DNA from: Xylographa opegraphella
Taxonomy: Eukaryota
Reading direction: 5' to 3'
DNA length: 36,603 bases
NCBI GenBank assembly: GCA_022813865.1
Contig: JALDZX010000022.1
Coordinates: 310,001-346,603 of the forward strand
The position numbers were made by a program, and so were the translations under genes. This document shows, piece by piece, positions 34,515-36,603 of this stretch. The number at the start of each line of letters is the position of its first letter. The first letter of the stretch is position 1. Under the pieces are notes generated by a model. It was not told the origin of the DNA and did no database searches. It saw only the letters and a list, made by a program, of their open reading frames with translations.

Positions 34515-35895
34515 TCAGTAGAAATCAACAGCCAAGCAGTTGTTCCTCGACGCTACATCCGGCACCCCTGTTCCGCCCGTGATATAAGCCTTATCCTGCC
34601 CCACAACCTTCTTCTCATACTCAATCGCCGCTTTATTCGGGCCGCTCATCCAGTTTCCCATCGTAGTCGCCAACGCCTCGGTTCCATCCGGTTTCTTGAC
34701 TTTCGCAGCCGCTGGTGCATCCTTCAGGATGTCATGAGTAAATCCATTGCTCCTCTTGCTCCCATCAGTAGCACTGATGGTCGCGGCTCCGTCACAGCCC
34801 TGCTCAAGACTGATGTCGCCGTGTGCGGCGTGGTCGTTACTGGCGCTGATCTGGAACTCCGCCCACGTAGCAGGGAGATGTATACCGCGCAGGACACGGC
34901 CTTTGAAGGACTCGGGCAGAGAGACGAAAGCAGTGGCATGGGCGCCGGCCTTGACAGACTTTAAGGGGTGATCGAAATTCGCGCCGGCGGTACCGTTGCC
35001 GTTCCAGTAGTTATCGTAGAAGAAGTATTGCTCCTCTTTGGCCGATTTGTTACCAAGGATGACGCCAGGGCCGCTGTGGGTGTCGCTGGAATGGGGTTGA
35101 GGGACAAGTTTCTCCACCGGGCGATGGGCGAGATGGGGAGGGTTGTCAGGTGTGGCGTCGCCATCGTTGTAGGTAACCAGAATGTCTTTGTCACCGTGGC
35201 CGGCTGAGCTCTGCAAGCACTGTTAGCTTGAGCATGGGCATAAGCTTTTTATGAACGAAGTTACCTGATCGTTGTCGCTTTTATTTCCTGGACTACCTCC
35301 CCAGGCACCGACGCCGATATATGTCTTGCCATTTGCAAAAGTGCGGACCAGTTTGTCCAAGTCGGGGTGGTCCTTGATAGCGTCGATTCTTACAACCTTG
35401 CCTGATTTGTCAAGATGCACGCAGGATTTCAGAGACTCTTTAAGTTTGGCGTCTGCATTGTGCCAGGCTTCGTTGAGATGCTGCATGAATAGAGGGTTCC
35501 CCTTTCGTGTGCTGGGCTCGCCTACTTGCTGCACCGTCAAATTACCGCCACCGCTAACGATATTGCTGAGGTCGATAAAATCGGCACCTAGCACAGGTAT
35601 CAGAATTAAAACAAAAAATATAAAGCACGTGTTCCTATTCCACCATGCAGAGGGTGGGGGAGCTAGAGGGATCCCCGCAGCTATCAATCTTACCCCCGAA
35701 GCCATCCTTTGTGATCTCTGCCTGCTCGCCCTCGTGACCGTCATGTACAGCAATTATTGCACCAGAAGTCTTGTCTTCGGCATGAAGAACAGTGGTGGCA
35801 CGAGGTTTCACGGTAATGCTTTTGTTGCCGTTCCACCCATGGACTTCGAACTCTTGGTCATGGTCTGACTTGTTGTGAATGTTTATATAATGCAT
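34515..35895 (-). CDS. 406-aa protein with two thaumatin/Asp f 4-like beta-sandwich domains, no signal peptide
   Basis: Exons 35895-35694, 35587-35265 and 35210-34515 join in frame (1221 nt). Internal similarity: INIHNKS/VILGNKS, EQAEIT...FIDLS/TWAEFQ...HGDIS, TYIG/AYIT and ILVTY/LAVDF. Confidence 0.8.
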
Positions 35896-36603
35896 GTTGG
35901 GCTTTGTAATATCATAAGATAGCTATAACAATGAGAATTTGACTTCGGAATGGATATTAAACGACTCAAGTAAATATATACACACAAAACGAGCCGGGAA
36001 TATGGGGAGAGATATATAGACATCTTAATGAAGCGGCAAAGCTTTCAAACCCACATGGTCAACAAATACTGCACGGCGGTACATGATGCAAATGAGAAAG
36101 GTGTCAGCATCTGCAAAGTACGAGCATTCCAAGTAATTCACGCCGCCTGTCAATGTTTCTGGATGCCTGGAGGATACCATGCCTTACATTAACTCTGTGC
36201 AATCCTTTGGCGGCTCCCATTGACACGAGTTCGGAAAAAGCATTGCCTTACACCCTAGCTGTTCGACAATGACTTGATGCCTGGGGAAGGAGAATTGCAT
36301 GGTCAACGACGCCTTGTGGCTGCATTGTCAACGAAGTCGGCGATCCTCAAGATTTCAGCGCTAGTTACGCAAGAAGTTAGGAGTTTCCCCGGGTTAATGC
36401 ACGGCCCGATGCCAATGCACACCCCCCCAGCATTTCACCACCTATGTTTTATCGCGATATATTAACAACTACTAATGCGTTATTATACATATTAAAGACA
36501 ATTACTATATAGATAATTGCGAAACTTTCTAGCCGGTCGGATCATAAATCGAATTGTTTTGAAGCTTTCAATTGCCGCCCGAAGCGTGATGCCCTGATTT
36601 GAC

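Noticed and set aside
1..36603. Starship or other giant element, intact transposon, tRNA, rRNA, CRISPR array
   Set aside because: No tyrosine-recombinase captain, transposase, reverse transcriptase, tRNA cloverleaf or repeat-spacer array was recognised. An element extending beyond the window cannot be excluded.

Overview
Eukaryotic DNA from a filamentous ascomycete (Pezizomycotina-like): GT-AG introns are mostly ~50-100 bp with CTRAC/CTAAC-type branch sites, and there is one 89-N assembly gap. Genes I could splice by hand are ALG10/DIE2 glucosyltransferase (+), FlbA/Sst2-type RGS (+), a Cue1/Cue4-type ERAD protein (-), an SDR-like oxidoreductase (-) divergent from a YJR124C-like MFS transporter (+), a PPxY/beta-solenoid/CaaX protein (-) and a signal-less protein with two thaumatin/Asp f 4-like domains (-). 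A divergent cytosolic isoleucyl-tRNA synthetase is a pseudogene (two frameshifts, two stops, one inside the KMSKS motif). It has a 6-nt microexon, and a minisatellite and probable solo LTR lie upstream. Two other hypothetical genes look decayed. The most unusual signal is three dispersed, signal-less Cys-rich microproteins sharing the architecture M(G)C-x8-C...C-x13-15-CxxC plus a charged tail. A GC-rich, low-complexity block (~15.0-24.5 kb) differs from its flanks. No tRNA, rRNA, CRISPR array or intact transposase was recognised. All family assignments come from motif recognition, not database searches.
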